Made by a program: the position numbers and the translations under genes. Positions 37,522-51,042 of a DNA stretch of 64,000 bases are shown here, in pieces. How positions within the stretch are numbered: the first letter of the stretch is position 1; every line of letters starts with the position of its first letter. The notes under the pieces are model-generated. The model was given only the letters and a program-made list of their open reading frames with translations. It searched no databases and was not told the DNA's origin. The stretch is from Calcarisporiella thermophila CBS 279.70 (lineage: Eukaryota; Fungi; Calcarisporiellomycota): NCBI RefSeq assembly GCF_041956535.1, contig NW_027192207.1:400757-464756 (forward strand). The letters are read 5' to 3'.

Positions 37522-40500
37522 TTAGACCCCATCCACGATATTCTTCAGGATCCCATGCCGACGGAACAGGGTTTCGATGGTAGGTGTGACCACTTTGCGT
37601 GATCGCAGAGGTGATGGCTCGGTTGTAATTTGAGAGAGGCTTGATTCCTCCACAAGGGGTATTGAATGCATAAGGTGTGCTTTTTTGGGTAACTTTTGGA
37701 TCTAGTAAAGGTTGAAGGCCAGGTTTAAGCAAAAGCATTCATTGCAACTATACTAATTAGAAACATATTTACCCATCCATTCGTCTGCATTAATGTCAAA
37801 AAGGTTGCAAATAAATCGGTGCTCTGAAGCGTTGTCTTGGACCCAAATACGATCAACTTGCTTTTAGCCCGCGTAAGAGCAACATTGATGCGTCTCCAAT
37901 CTCGTAACAAATCTCCAATCTATTTGATATGAAAAAAAAAAAATTAAAAGAAGATTTCATTTTGGATACGTGTAAAAGCGGCCTACATTTTGTTTCGAGT
38001 TTGATCGCACCAGTGACAGGAGGATGCACTCCTTATCTCTACCTTGGTATTTGTCCACCGTGTGGATTTCAATTTGCGGCCGGGCTTTGAGTAGATGTGA
38101 AATAATTTTTAATTGAGAACGATACACAGAGATAACGCCAATAGATGTCTGATCTATTCCGCAAGAAAGGAGAGCTTCCACAACCTAATTAAAACAAATA
38201 CCAAGGTCAGGAGTGAAGGAAAAAAATAGGTCAGACTGGCAAGCTAGAATCACCTGGTGGACCAAGATGGCTTCAATTTCATTTTGCACCAAATCTCCAG
38301 ACCTAGAGTCGGGTGCAGGAATCTCATCGGTATCGACAAATACCACTTTGCACATGGGATCAATTAGTTTCCAAAGCCAACACTTTCCTACGCACTTTAC
38401 GCTCGTCTCCGAGTGAAATCGTGAATCCAAGTTTGACGCTGTTAGAGACAAAGTGCGCTCTGCGACCTGCGCAGTCCCGCATCGTAATTTGTAATCGTAG
38501 ATGAGAGTATTTGATAAAAGCATGATTTCTCTATTCATGCGGTATTGATGCTCGAGATGAACGACTGCTTCGGGATGAGCCTCGGAGAGAAGCTTAAATA
38601 GTGAAGTGGTCAGACCCTCTTCCTTTGCTTCCAGATTTCGCACCTAATTATTGAAGTGTGAGTATCAATAAAAAGATGTTTAATAAATTAAAAATGCAAA
38701 CCAAGGGCGGCAACTGGTACTGATCCCCTACTAATACAAATACATCTGCAAATCGGAGCGGTCCCACACTCACTGGCAGAGTCAACTGCGACGCTTCATC
38801 CACAATGCAATAATCGAATCTTCTCTTGGTAAAAATGGGGCTACATTGAGGCAAATTGACAACATTGAAACGAGAACATCCAAAATCTATCTTGAAGTCG
38901 AGGGGCCACTTACTGTGAGATCCCGAGACAAGTAGTCCCTACTACTGGGCGACTGTTATAGAAGGCGTCCAGTGCAGCCACACTATTGATGCTTCCGTCG
39001 TAGTTGGGTGTACATGGACGAATGCTTGGGTGAATTTTCTCGCGATTACCAAGTCGTACCACATCGATCCCATCTCGTTGCAGTTTCAGTAATACGTTGT
39101 CTACTGCGGTATGTGTATAGGAGGTTAAAAGGATGGTTTTGCCGTTGGAAACCAGCGTGCGTATCAAATGTGCAATGGTGGTGGTTTTGCCGGTTCCAGG
39201 CATACCCAGAATCAGTGCGTAGTCGTCGGCTGCATATTTAAAGATGAGTAATTTTTCGGTATGGTATCAGAGATGTAATGCAAAAGTATACACTTACCAC
39301 AAAGAACCTTTTGAATAGCCTTTTTCTGGTCGGAGTTCAACTCTTCTCCTAGCTTTGCACAAGTCAGCTCTACTTGACGGAAACGCGGTGCCGCCCTGTC
39401 AATAATTAATCGCTGTAATCGGCGATCTCCATCCGACATCAGCAAGTTCACCAGATTCATTCGCACCGTGCTCATCCCGCTCAAAATCTCGTCTTTATCA
39501 ATTCGGTATGTTGTCACATCCTCCTGAGAATTGCCCGAACGGCTAACGCGACTTTGAACGTGGGCTTTTGGGAGGTCTCTGTCCTCAATATCGATTATCC
39601 CGGTAAAGCATTGATTTCTCATATCTTCAAAACCCGGCATTTTTTGCGGCGGTCCGTGTAACGCGCGATCCACCGTCAGTTCGATGACGTCAGGCTGGAG
39701 TGATGTTACAAACCCAATGGCAAGTGCATAGTGGCCATCCTCAGAAGAGACGACGATTGGATCGCCGACGTTTATGTATGAATTAAGGAACGAGAGCTGG
39801 ACCCCCTCTTTGTTGGTGGGCACTCTACGGCGAAACTTGTAACTGAAGCGTGACACGCCGGTTTTGCTGAGTTGTGCTTGTTCAACCAGATAGAGGTTGC
39901 TCCAACACCTTGAAAAATTCGATGGATTAGTAGATTAAAGGGAGTATTGAAAAAATAATCTTCATTGTGCTATGTTACCTTCCTAGTTTCTCGCGATCGG
40001 ATGAATGCATATTCCATATTTCTCTTCGACTTCTCACCAATTCCCCCTCCTCAAGAGATATTAGCCTTTCCCACTTCTCGAAGAAGGTTACATGCCTTTC
40101 TTCTAGGTGCGCAGTTTTGCGGTCAAAAAGTGCTCCTAGGCCGCTTGAAATGGCAGTTCCGCGCTCTATAGCTTTGTGGAAGAGCAAGCATGCATCCATG
40201 GTGTAACACTTTTGGCACTCGTGCAGGTTCTTGATCATAGCAGGGAGTTTGGCCTTATTAACGATGTGCTGAGCTACCTCATTCCGCCCAATAATGATAC
40301 CACGAATTTCATCTCTCACCGCACGAATTCGTATTGTTTCTCCAGTCTTGAGGTAGTAGAGGATGCCGGATGTAATATCCGTGTCTAACATCCCCCCAAA
40401 GAAGTGTGTTTAAATAAGATAAATTAGTACAATTGAGTCGAAGCCATCTACTCAAACCACCATACCATAGCGATCCGACATGAGTAGGGTATATAACAGT

Positions 40501-42622
40501 GTTTGCGCTCGATGTGACATCACCTTAGAGCTGCGACCAGTCTTTAGCTCGAAAGGTGCGGTTCTGCGAGTTCCATCTTGCTCCTCCACTTGGATAGACG
40601 CATCAATGTTTCCCTTCAGCCCAAACATCGGCGACCACACATGCTCCTCAATATCAAGGATTTTATTTATACATAGATTGGATTTTTCCTTGGAGAAACC
40701 TTGATGCTCAATTACTAATGCGTCTTCCTATATGTCGAAAAAAAACCTAATTAGACTATCAACTTATTAAAATGGAGAGAATTTTCAAAGAGATTACCTT
40801 GGGTCGTGGAACCACGAAACGATTCGCCCACTCTTGCATCACCGGTACAAGCTCCTTTAATTTTCTTAATGCGCTTGACTCATCTTCACCTGCACAATAC
40901 AGGGCCTCCACCGTGCGGATAACAAGACGCTCGACCTCAGCCAACATGAACTCTGAAGAAAAATCGTTTTCTCTAAGTGACGACTGGAGCAACTGATGCA
41001 AAATTTGACCGTGTACAAGAGCTTCGTTGTACCCGCCTGTAGCCCGGACACGGTCATCAAGGACAGCCTTGCGTTGGCAGCGGAAGCTGTCAGCAAGCAC
41101 GGTGCTCGAAATGAGACAGTCTGGATGCAAGATAAACAGATTGTTTTCATTGTCAATAATACACCGCTGCTGCTCAAAGCTTCCCACCACATTTGCATAA
41201 TCACCTAAAACAAGAAAGAAGTGTGAGAACAACAGAGTGCACCACAGGGAATTGGCAAGGTGAATGTTTAAAAGATTTACCAACGAAGACATTTGTGTGC
41301 CACCAGTCTTCCCGCAAGTGCACGTACTTTTCCAAGCTTTCATTTTCCTCGAACATCCTCAGCACTTTTTCGGGACGCTGCACTCCATCCTCCGTCACGT
41401 ACGCAGAGTGGTTGATCTCTAGCACTAGGAACCGCTCGTATCGCCTGCGAGCAGGAGGCCTTGCCTCCTCGGTCAAGCTTTTCAGGTCGGTGCTCATGAA
41501 ATCGAATAGATTACTCGGCAGTAGCGATTCACTGATTATCCCCTGTTTATCTCCATCCACGCCACTAGATGACTGAATTTGCTCGCCATCATACAAAGAC
41601 ATCATGGCATCCAACTCATTTAGTGCATCAGATCCCATTTCGTCTGTGCCAAAATCATCTGAATGCGGTTCGCGTTGGAAAATATGTCGCCGAGCGAGAG
41701 CAGTAGTCGTCGGGCTACTTCCGATGGAAAGACTCACATTTTCCTTTCCATTGCGCAATTTAGAGGAGGATGCAGTATGCGGCTGCGATGTCACTTTATC
41801 CTGAGCCTTGCCAATGTGATTATCAACGGGGCTTAGATGAAGCTTTGGGGAAGGAGTGCGTGATCGTGGGGATTTTCGAGGAGTAAGCAACTTTATATTC
41901 GCTGGATCCACCTCTTTACCTTCAATACTTGTATCATCTACCAGTGAATTCTTCTCTTTCCCCTTCCCCTTTGCCCTTGTTGTTTTCCTTCTTTTGGTTT
42001 CCTGGCCCTGCCTAAACGCCACTTGCACCTGGTCGATAAGGTCCAAGAGCACTTTTTTTTGCCCCGTAGATTTCTCTCTCTCTGGCGGTTGTGAGTTTGT
42101 CCCCGGTAGACTCTTTGAGTGACGCTTGAGTGTTTCGCTCGATGAAGAGATTGCACGCTGAAAACGCCTACCAAGCCCAGAGCGTGAACCCGTTGGGGAC
42201 AATAAGAGCTCCCTGTTAATGCCAATGCTTGATAATTTTGTGGCCTGTTGGTCGTTTTTAGAGGATTTGCAGGGCTTGGCGGGTTGTTCCTTGAGGGAGA
42301 GAAAGGTCAACAGGTGAGTAATTGAATGAAAAATGGCATTAGCATACTGTTTCATCGCTGTGCCGATTATTCTCTCGAATGAGGGAGGTTTTTCGACCAA
42401 AGCGTTCTGCAATATCAGATATTTCCTCGATGGTTTCTAGATCGCTGCTTCCAGATGTTCCCGATGCTTTTGAAGAGAATGGGTTGTTGTTATTTAACAT
42501 CGCCAACAACGGGTAATTAATAATATACCTTTGAATCTAGTCGATTTCATTAATGACTTTGCGGGTGGTGAGATCTTCCATATGACATGATTTTCTGGTG
42601 TTCCTTTTTCTTTGCGTTTCAT
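37522..42622 (-). CDS. DNA2: DNA2 nuclease/helicase, multi-exon (start uncertain)
   Basis: [51 protein letters not shown], CxxCxxxxxC Fe-S cysteines, [36 protein letters not shown]. Confidence 0.95.
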
Positions 42623-42717
42623 TACTCTTCTATCGTTGTGAATCCTCTATTTTGTCTTTAAACCTGCAATTCTAAACTATTATATCCATACAAAGAACCA
42701 TTGAATTTAAATTAAAA

Positions 42718-42751
42718 ACGCGAAAATCGAATAGCGCGTATTTATTTCGCC
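42718..42751. promoter_or_regulatory. Cluster of SCB/MCB/E2F-like G1/S elements upstream of DNA2
   Basis: ACGCGAAAA (42718), GCGCGT (42734) and TTTCGCC (42745) within 34 bp of otherwise AT-rich DNA, about 100 bp upstream of the predicted start. Confidence 0.55.
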
Positions 42752-43264
42752 TCATAATCCACTTTTTTAACTCTCCTTAATTGTTAATTAAAGCATGATG
42801 AATGAAGGAAAGGACTTTGAAAGCTTTCTCATTCCTTGAATTCGCTGGGATCTTTACAGCAATTAAGTCGGGAAACAAAACCATATGAAGCTTTAAAATT
42901 TAATCAAAACAGAATGATTAACAACATTAACCTTGGAAAATATAGTGTTCCGTGTAGACGATCCTCACAGTGACAATACGAATCTTGGTTGCTTGGTTGG
43001 TTAAGATTTGTCATGATTGCTTATTATCCCATTATACAAATATGCTAGCGCGATGATATAAGTAGTGTTTTGATTGCGAATGCATAACATATTGTTTTAG
43101 TTTCAAGACAACATTATTATTACTATCACAATGGTAATAAAAAGGAGGGATAGTAAAATAGTAGAGATAATATTACATTCAATGGCAGAGATGGAGAATA
43201 ATGAATGGATTATATCTGTACAGCCTATCCAGCGCTGGTTGTATATATATTTTTGGAGAACCCT

Positions 43265-43975
43265 CTAAAAGGTCCAAAAGGAGCCAATTGTGGAGCGGCG
43301 CCGCATTTTCACCATCTGAGTCCGCTCTTTCGGTTTGACAACCACAACTGGACACTCGCATTTATTGACGAGTGCATGAGATACGCTACCGATCAGTTTG
43401 CGCTGTATTGTATTCAATCCACGTGAGCCGACTATGCACAGATCTGCCTTAACCTCCTTGGATAGCTCCACAAGCTTATCCTTTGCGTCTCCCTTGAGAA
43501 CAACGACTTGTGCAGTGATCTAAGTAAATGGAGCCACATTAATAGGAATGCCTCGATACAGCCTCGATGTCCACTCATATCTGCTCTGTTACAGGTATGC
43601 AGTGGGGATAAAGGGTAGACCCCGTATACATACACCGTTCTTATTCAGCCTTTCGACCAGTGGCCTCAACAGTTCATTTGTCTGCTCTCTTTCCTTGAAG
43701 CTCAACCGCCTCGAATGGCCATGCAGACCCTTGGCCGACTCTTTGCCAATATGAATGGTCAAAAATGTGGACTCCTGCACATCCAAAACGGAGGCCAAGA
43801 TGACATGGTCAATTTCTGAATGAAGAATGTTGCCCAGTGCCCAATCGAACATATAGCTGGAGGATGGGGAGTTGTCCCAGCAGACGAGGACCTTGCGGCG
43901 TTGATGCGGTTCAAGGATTCGAGAAGGGCTTGCGGGTGGAGTAGGAATCAAATGAGAGAGAATATACTGCTCCAT
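43265..43975 (-). CDS. Universal stress protein (UspA domain), 2 exons
   Basis: RKVLVCWDNSPSSSYMFDWAL, GDAKDKLVE, DLCIVGSRGL...LIGSVSHALV..CECPVVVVK. Confidence 0.92.
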
Positions 43976-45177
43976 TCGTGAGGATTTCTAGTAGAGGGCG
44001 TGCTTGAAAGAGAGGAGAAGAGATATGGAGTGTGTGAGAAATAAGCAGAAGGGCTGTTTTTATTTTCCAACGCGCCTAGAAATATATATGTGAGGAAAAC
44101 AGCATAGTGAGGCTGCACGCAGTATTCATATTTCTATAATGGGTGCCCGCCAACCAACGTCATTGTGGGTATACTGCCAAGATTTCTGCGTGTCAGTTAT
44201 ATTTCGGACCCTTATTTTGGGACCTCAACTAACCTTGACGAACCTAAAAACACGGAGCATATCCTCCACGAAGCTCAATCAAACAATCCTAAACGGAAGC
44301 CACCAATTAGCTTGATTGTGGGCCGAGCAATAATCGCCTCTCCTCAATACAAGTTGATATACAGGTTGGATTTATGAAGCCAACTCATCGAAAGATGCAC
44401 ACCTCCGTTGCCAGAGCACCACTCGCGCAAAGCCCAACTTCAACAGTGTTTTTTGTGCCAGTTTACCGTAAGCCTCTCGGGTAATTTCAGTGGAAGGAGG
44501 AAAATGCCGCTTGGAACAGCACATCCACTACGAACATGACAGCTCGTAGGCTGGCAGCAAGCGCTTCATTGAGATCATAAAACAAGGCATAATAGCTCCC
44601 ACCGTGGAATTGTTATCCTTTCCATTAACTTCTTTTGGTTGTTTTTTTTGCTGAAAAACAGCCCTATTCCAACGAAGAAAAAAAACAAAGATGTTCTAAG
44701 AAGAATTGTCGAAATACACCAGGTGTAACCTGCAACTCCCAGTGCTCGAACCCTATATGATCGTTAAGATCTGCTTGTAGATAAACCCATCTCACACTCT
44801 CTTCCCAAATACAGTCAGGGTACGGCTTTCATCCACTATTTTTTCCTTACTGGCAACACCCAGTGTCATTTGACAAGAGAAAGGGGGGAACTGGGCCGAA
44901 TAGAAATTGAAATAAGCTAATAGGCTTGTTCTTGTTGTTGAGCTTAGATGTAAGTATCATTAGCCCATGGTACACTCCAACTAGAAACAAAACAGATTAG
45001 GAGACAAATTGGAGGATAGAAAGAATGAAAAGGGGTGGGAAAAAATTCTCAAAAAAAAAAAAACAAAAAGCGAACAAAGTCAATCGATAACATTAGGATT
45101 AGCATTGATTAAAGTGAAAGATAAATGAGTATAGAGTGAAATAGATGCAAGTTTGTGGAATAAATTACGCCACCCTA

Positions 45178-48100
45178 CTATGTGTGAAATTCCGCGGTCA
45201 AAGCAACCGTGCGTATGGCTTCCTGTGCGTGGGATATATCCGTGTGCTCCTGGGTTTCCGGGGTGGTATGCTCTTTCAGGTCATTAAGCAATAGACAGTA
45301 GCGAGTCAGTCGCTGCACTGGCATAATGAGATAATCCTCCAAGTTGAGCCGATTCGCCTCGCTTCGCCTACGTGGATCCTACAGAGTGAAATGAAAGAAT
45401 GAGAGGCGAAAGGGTTAGACGGCTGAAACGGGAAGGAGCATTTCCACGTGGAGCAAACGGGCTTATTTACCTGCATGAATTTACGGTATTGCATGCTTCC
45501 ATGGTTGGCTTTTCGTAAGGTCTCGATGGATTGCGGGTAATTGTTGATGTAGCCAACATACGCCTCAAAGGCTAGAGAACGGGCAAGGAATAGTCTCCCC
45601 ACCTTGGGGTCGCCACCCTTTTGGATGGAGCGACGCAAGTCCCGAACTAGCGCCGAACTCAGGTCGATCAACGAGGGAATGAAACCAAAAATGAGGTCAA
45701 ACTCGGCGGGACGCACCAACGGGGAAGATGTATAAATGGAATCTTCAAAGGGCTCCATAAAAATCTGCCCAAGAAAGAAGCACACGGTAAATAAAGTGAT
45801 TCAGGGAAAGTGAAAGTATAGAACATCACCTTTTGCAGAGTTTTTAGGTGGGATAAGTAATTCTCCTCGGTTGAAACGATTTCCTCGATAATGTGCCTTC
45901 GAGCAAGGACCGCAGGGTCAATTTTCTCAGGAGGGAGTTCCTAAACAAAGAGGAGGGTTAGTTGAATAGGAGACAATTGAATATGCACCGAAATAAGATG
46001 GTTTACTTCGGATGAATCGGCTGAAATAGGTTGAGCCTGGACAAGGTCGGTAGTTGCCATAGCGCTCTCTTCATTATCCTGGCCGCCCTCACTTGGACAC
46101 ACGTCAGGGACAGCTGGCACCGAAACAGGGACTTCAGACTCCATCGTCTTAGGCTCCTGATCAGCAATCTCTTCTTCGGAAGGCTCTTCAGAAACTGCTG
46201 GAACCGAAACGGGTGCTTCTGGCTCAACCGCTTTAAGCTGTTGTTCAATATTCTCTTCATCCCCAAGGGGTGAAGAGGGTAGCACATCAGGCTTGGTCTC
46301 TTGCACCATTTCATTTGTATCTGCCACAGCAGAAATGGGTCCGTCCTTTGACTCAACTGACTCCTTCTCTAAAGTAGAGATATCAGCAGACTTAGCGGGT
46401 TCATGGTTCAGCTCTCGATCTTCGTTCAGTGGAGATGGATCCGCATTTTGAGCCGAAGAACCTTCCTGCTCGAGCTTTTCGGGGGCCATCTCCTTTGTTG
46501 TAGAGAGAAGCGGTGTAGAAAATTCGGGCGAAGATTTCTGGTTTTCCATCTCACACGTTGTATTGTTTGTCGAACCTGTCAAAGTCTTGGCCTCATTAGC
46601 TTTGGACTCCTCCACGGTGGAGGGTGCAGGTAGACTAGTTCCATCTTGAGCTTCAACTTCACCTAGACTCTCTGGTCTAGTTTTCTCCGCCGGCGAATCA
46701 GTGGATTCGGTAGATTGCGACTCCTTGGGGACGGACGATTGCATTACTGTTGAATTCGCAGAAGATGGCTTAGATACTGCTTCTTTGACTCCGTTTTCGC
46801 TTAGTGTATTTGCCGTAGCCATGGGCGCAGAAACTTTGCTCTCTGATCCTTTCGGTTCTTCCTGGGCTTGCTTCTCCATGTGTGGTTTCGCATTGGCAGC
46901 AAATTTAGCTCCTACAGAGGGGAATCTCCTTTTGGGCGTAATCACAGGGGCAACGGGCTCACTTGCAAGCTTTTTAAGCTCTCTTTCACGCCAGATCTGC
47001 TTCGCAGAGAGAGTGGCAGTCGGAAGCTTTTCGACCTCTTGCTTCTTGAAATCCTTACGAGGGTTGAACCTGGAGGCAGGAGTAATAATATCAGGCTTTG
47101 GCAACTTGGATTTTAGCTCGCTGAGGACCTCTGGCGGGAGCTTTGCAGGTGCAGAGGCGTCCTTCTTTTCCCGTGATGCGACCTGCTCTAGCGGTTTTTC
47201 AGGGCGAACGATGGGCTTGCTCTTCGCATTTTCGCCGTTTTCACTTTCGGTCTCCTCGCATGGAGTGCGCTCGGACACCGGAGAAACTGGAGCAGAAGGC
47301 ACAGGGTTCGCCTCTGTCTTCAGTGCCTCGGAAGGTGTGATTCGATCCGCGATTTGGATGGAGGAAGGGGGTGCCTTTGGCTCAGGCTTTTTCACCTCAC
47401 TACTTTGAACCGGAGCTGCGGGTTTGCTTGAGGAGGGTGCCTGCTTTTTAGGATCTAGCAGTGAAATTCTCTCCGCAATAGAGATAGAGCCTGAGGATTT
47501 GGGGGGAGGAGGCGCCACTGTTTTGGATTCCAGGGCCGCGATTCGTTTGGCAATAGAAGAGGAAGGAACGGCAAATTTGGCCGGGGAAGCCGACTTCTTG
47601 GATTCAAATTGCGCAATTCGCATGGCAAGGGAGGATGAAGAGGAAGCCGATCTGGCCACGGGTTGTTTAGGATTACCCGGCGAAAGAGATTTGGCCGCTT
47701 GGGAAGAGCTAGAATCCCGCTTGAATTCCGTCTCATTGGCTCTCTCAGTCACATCCGCTTTAACCGCATGTAAAGTTGTCGCTTGGGAGGAGCCCAATGA
47801 CTTTGACGGATCTTTCTCGCCGGAATTTGCTTCCTCCAACCCAGGATCAGAAACTGGTTCATTCAAGGAGGCCGGTGCAGCAGCTGAGCTCGCAATCGCG
47901 CCATTACGCTCCGTATCTGTGGGATTCACGGGACCTTTTGCCACATCAGACGGGGAAGAAATCTTACATTCGGACTTGATTTCATTGGACTTGGAAATGG
48001 AAGAAATGGTAGCCTCAGGTTCTACAACCTGAGCAACTTCAGACATGGGTGAGGGCTCACTCTTCTCCGAGATCTTAGAATTCGTGCCTGTGACCTCATT

Positions 48101-50222
48101 TGAGTTAATCAAAGAAGTTGCCGGTTCAACCTGCTTAGCCAGTTTGGCGCCATCCACTTTAGGTTTAGCTAGGTCCCTGGTAGTGTCCTTACCCTTCGCA
48201 ATGTCCTGTTTGATTTCTTGCTGCGAAAGGTTGGTTTCATTTATACACGTGGCATCAGGATGATTCGGTGTTTCTTCCAGCACTATGTCTGTTGATAGCG
48301 TCTCGTGACTTTGCTTTTCGTTTGTAGAGTCAGCCTTGTTAAAGTCATTCGCTTGTTTAGCAGAATCTGCTACAGCGGTTTGCCCAACCACTGGGCTGAG
48401 TTGTCCTGAAGTCACCTTCTCTATGATCTGCTCTACCCTTTCTCGTTGGTCTACTTCAAAGTTAGCTATATTAGGCATGTCCTGTCTAAAATAATATCGA
48501 ATATAATCCACTAACCAGGGGAAGGATCCTTCACTTCGCACGCAGTTTGCTTTATCTCTAACAAATGCTCTTGCTTGCCAACCACCGCCTCAACCTCTAA
48601 CTCTCCATTTTCCGCATGCTGTGTCTCCGAAGCTTTTGCAAGATCTTTCGTGACTTCTCCATCTCTTGTGATGCCACGATGATGAGCGTAAGTCTTTTTC
48701 TTCTGCACCCGCTCGCGAGCCAGGCTCTTAGGAGTAATAATGGGTTTTTCCGGTTCACTCTGAGGGCTTGGTTCTGGAACGTCTGCGAGAGCCGTTGGAT
48801 TAGTTTAAAAATTCAGAAAGGTACAACTAATTCCTATTTACCGTGGCGACTAGATTGAATCTTAACCTGCCTTGCATCGACTTGCTTCGATTCTTTAGCA
48901 CCCTCCTCCGATACCGCATGTTGCCTTTGCGATGAAATCGTCTCTTTTTCCGGTAGGGTTTCCGCCACTTCTTCTACGCGTTCGACAGCGGTTGCCTCCT
49001 GCTTCTCTTCCTCTTGTTGCTTATGGATGTGCAATATCGAACCATTGGTTATAGCTTCTTCATCTGGCGAAACGGCTTCTCTCGTCTTCAATTGAGGCTG
49101 AGGCTCGCTGCTACCTTCTCTGGCCATGAGTGGACGCTGGTGTTCTACCACCACTGTCTGCTCCACCAGACCCTCCTCAGTTGATCCTTCTCCCTCTTCA
49201 ATCGTTGGCTTTAGTGGAGTAACCGACACCATCTCTCTCAACCTATTTTGCGATTGCAATGGCACTGATAACGAGCGCCTCGACGGAGCTGTCTCTTTCT
49301 CGAAAATATCCTTCTCGTATTCCAAATGAGCTTCATGTTTCCCGGGTTCAGCCGCCTCCTTCTTTTCAGACGCACGCGTCATTGTTGGAGGAGGTGGAGG
49401 TGGGTGGCGGGGTGGCGGAGGTGGGGGAGGAGGCACTGGCGGAAGGTTATTAGGCCCGAAAAATGTCGCCGCGCTGTTTCTATCGATGAAGGATGATTTC
49501 GAGAAGGAGGAATGCTCTCGCCTCTTCTCATCCCAGGTATACTGAGGGTTCTCCACGAAGGTTAAGGAGCTCCGTCGGCTATCCAATTCGCCCTGTTCAT
49601 CCTGCCTCTCCATCCTAGACCTTCTAGCCATGGCATCACTTGCTCTGAAAGCAGAGAGCAGCGATTTACGCCGCAAGCGTCTCTTGGTGGGCTCGGTGCC
49701 AGCCTTTCGGCTAGGATAGTCGATGTCAATTTTGTTTCCTGTGTGAAGCTGGGGTGAACTCTCGTGTGCCAGTGAGGAACCAGGCCGGGGATACCAGTAG
49801 GACATGGCATCTTTTTCCCAGCTCGAATCCCCCCCGCCGTCGATGGGCGAGGATGTTTTTAATGATACGGATTCGCTGTCTGTTTCGCAGGCCAATTCGC
49901 CCACTCTTGGCAGGACAAGCGTCTCCAAGGGGGTATCGAGCGAAAACATAAGCTTCCGCATATAGCTGGCAAATTCTTCGTCAAAGAATTCAGAAACCTC
50001 CTCTGGGATTATGTTGTCCAGGGGTGCTGGTTCGTCTTCTGGCACATCGACATCGGAGGGTGGAGGCGTGACGAAATCGTGCTTAGGATGCTTGTGGAAA
50101 CGGAGAAAGGAGAAGAGAGAGGTGAGCTTTTTCGGATGGCGATGTTGCTTAATATCATGGTCGGAAAGATGGTCATTTTGAGAGGATGCAGGGAGCGGAG
50201 GGAGGTCCTTTGCGACGGACAT
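45178..50222 (-). CDS. Large Rho GEF: long disordered N-terminus plus C-terminal DH domain, no PH domain
   Basis: RRHIIEEIVSTEENYL, FDLIFGFIPSL, FEAYVGYINNY, LEDYLIMPVQRLTRYCLLLNDLKEHT; stop at 45178-45180. Upstream exons (ORFs at 48834-50222, 48511-48708, 45941-48541) join via plausible GT-AG introns. Confidence 0.8.
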
Positions 50223-51042
50223 CTTTCAAAACGACATGCAATGAGGAGGGGGGGGAGGGGAAAAAAACCAGTGAAATTAGAGTAATATTGAAATGAGTGA
50301 GAATGCGGGTCTATCAAATAAAAAACACGACTTATTGTCTACTAATGAAGGGAAGGGATGATGAAATTATACAAGGGTGAATGTGCCAATTTAAAACATA
50401 GGAGTCTTAAAAAAGAGTCGCAGGTTTTATGAAGAGGTTAAACACCCTCCCTAAAAACTAATATGTAAAAAATTGATTATAAACTGTTTTTTAAAAAAAA
50501 ATAAATGCAAATATCTGCAAATCTTGCATAATGCCCTACTAGTCGTCAGGTTAGGGGCCTTCTCATTTGTATAAGAGAGTTAGAATATTCCGGCCAGATG
50601 CCTAAAGAAGCAATGGGATTTGGTAATGGCAACACCGAATCAGATCAGAATAGCGGCCATCGCCGTCCAATAAGGCTTTGGTTTTCCCAAAATGTGGGGA
50701 AATCCCCACAGGGCGCGATTCACCATTTATCTCCTCTTCATCTCCACTCGCCACAACTCAAATTTATGCCCCCACCCTGTCGTATCCATCCAACACCCGG
50801 CATGACGGAGGGCCAATATGGATATATAAGCCTACGCCCGAGATGATCTCTCGGCAATCTCTAGCAAACGGCAACACCATGTCTTTCCTTGGGCAATGGA
50901 AATGCACCTTCCAAAGATAAGCCAAGGCAAGCGTGGGGGACGATAGATATTAAGCCACAAGGTGACAAAAGAGGTAATTGAAATCAAACTAATTTGTTTA
51001 ATTAATTTAAATACAACAAGTTAATTTTCTAAACAAAAGACT

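Noticed and set aside
42966-43020. Hairpin flanked by GTGA/TGA, SECIS-like
   Set aside because: Helix II geometry and apical AA do not fit, and no same-strand gene with an in-frame UGA lies upstream; no selenoprotein candidate was seen in the window.
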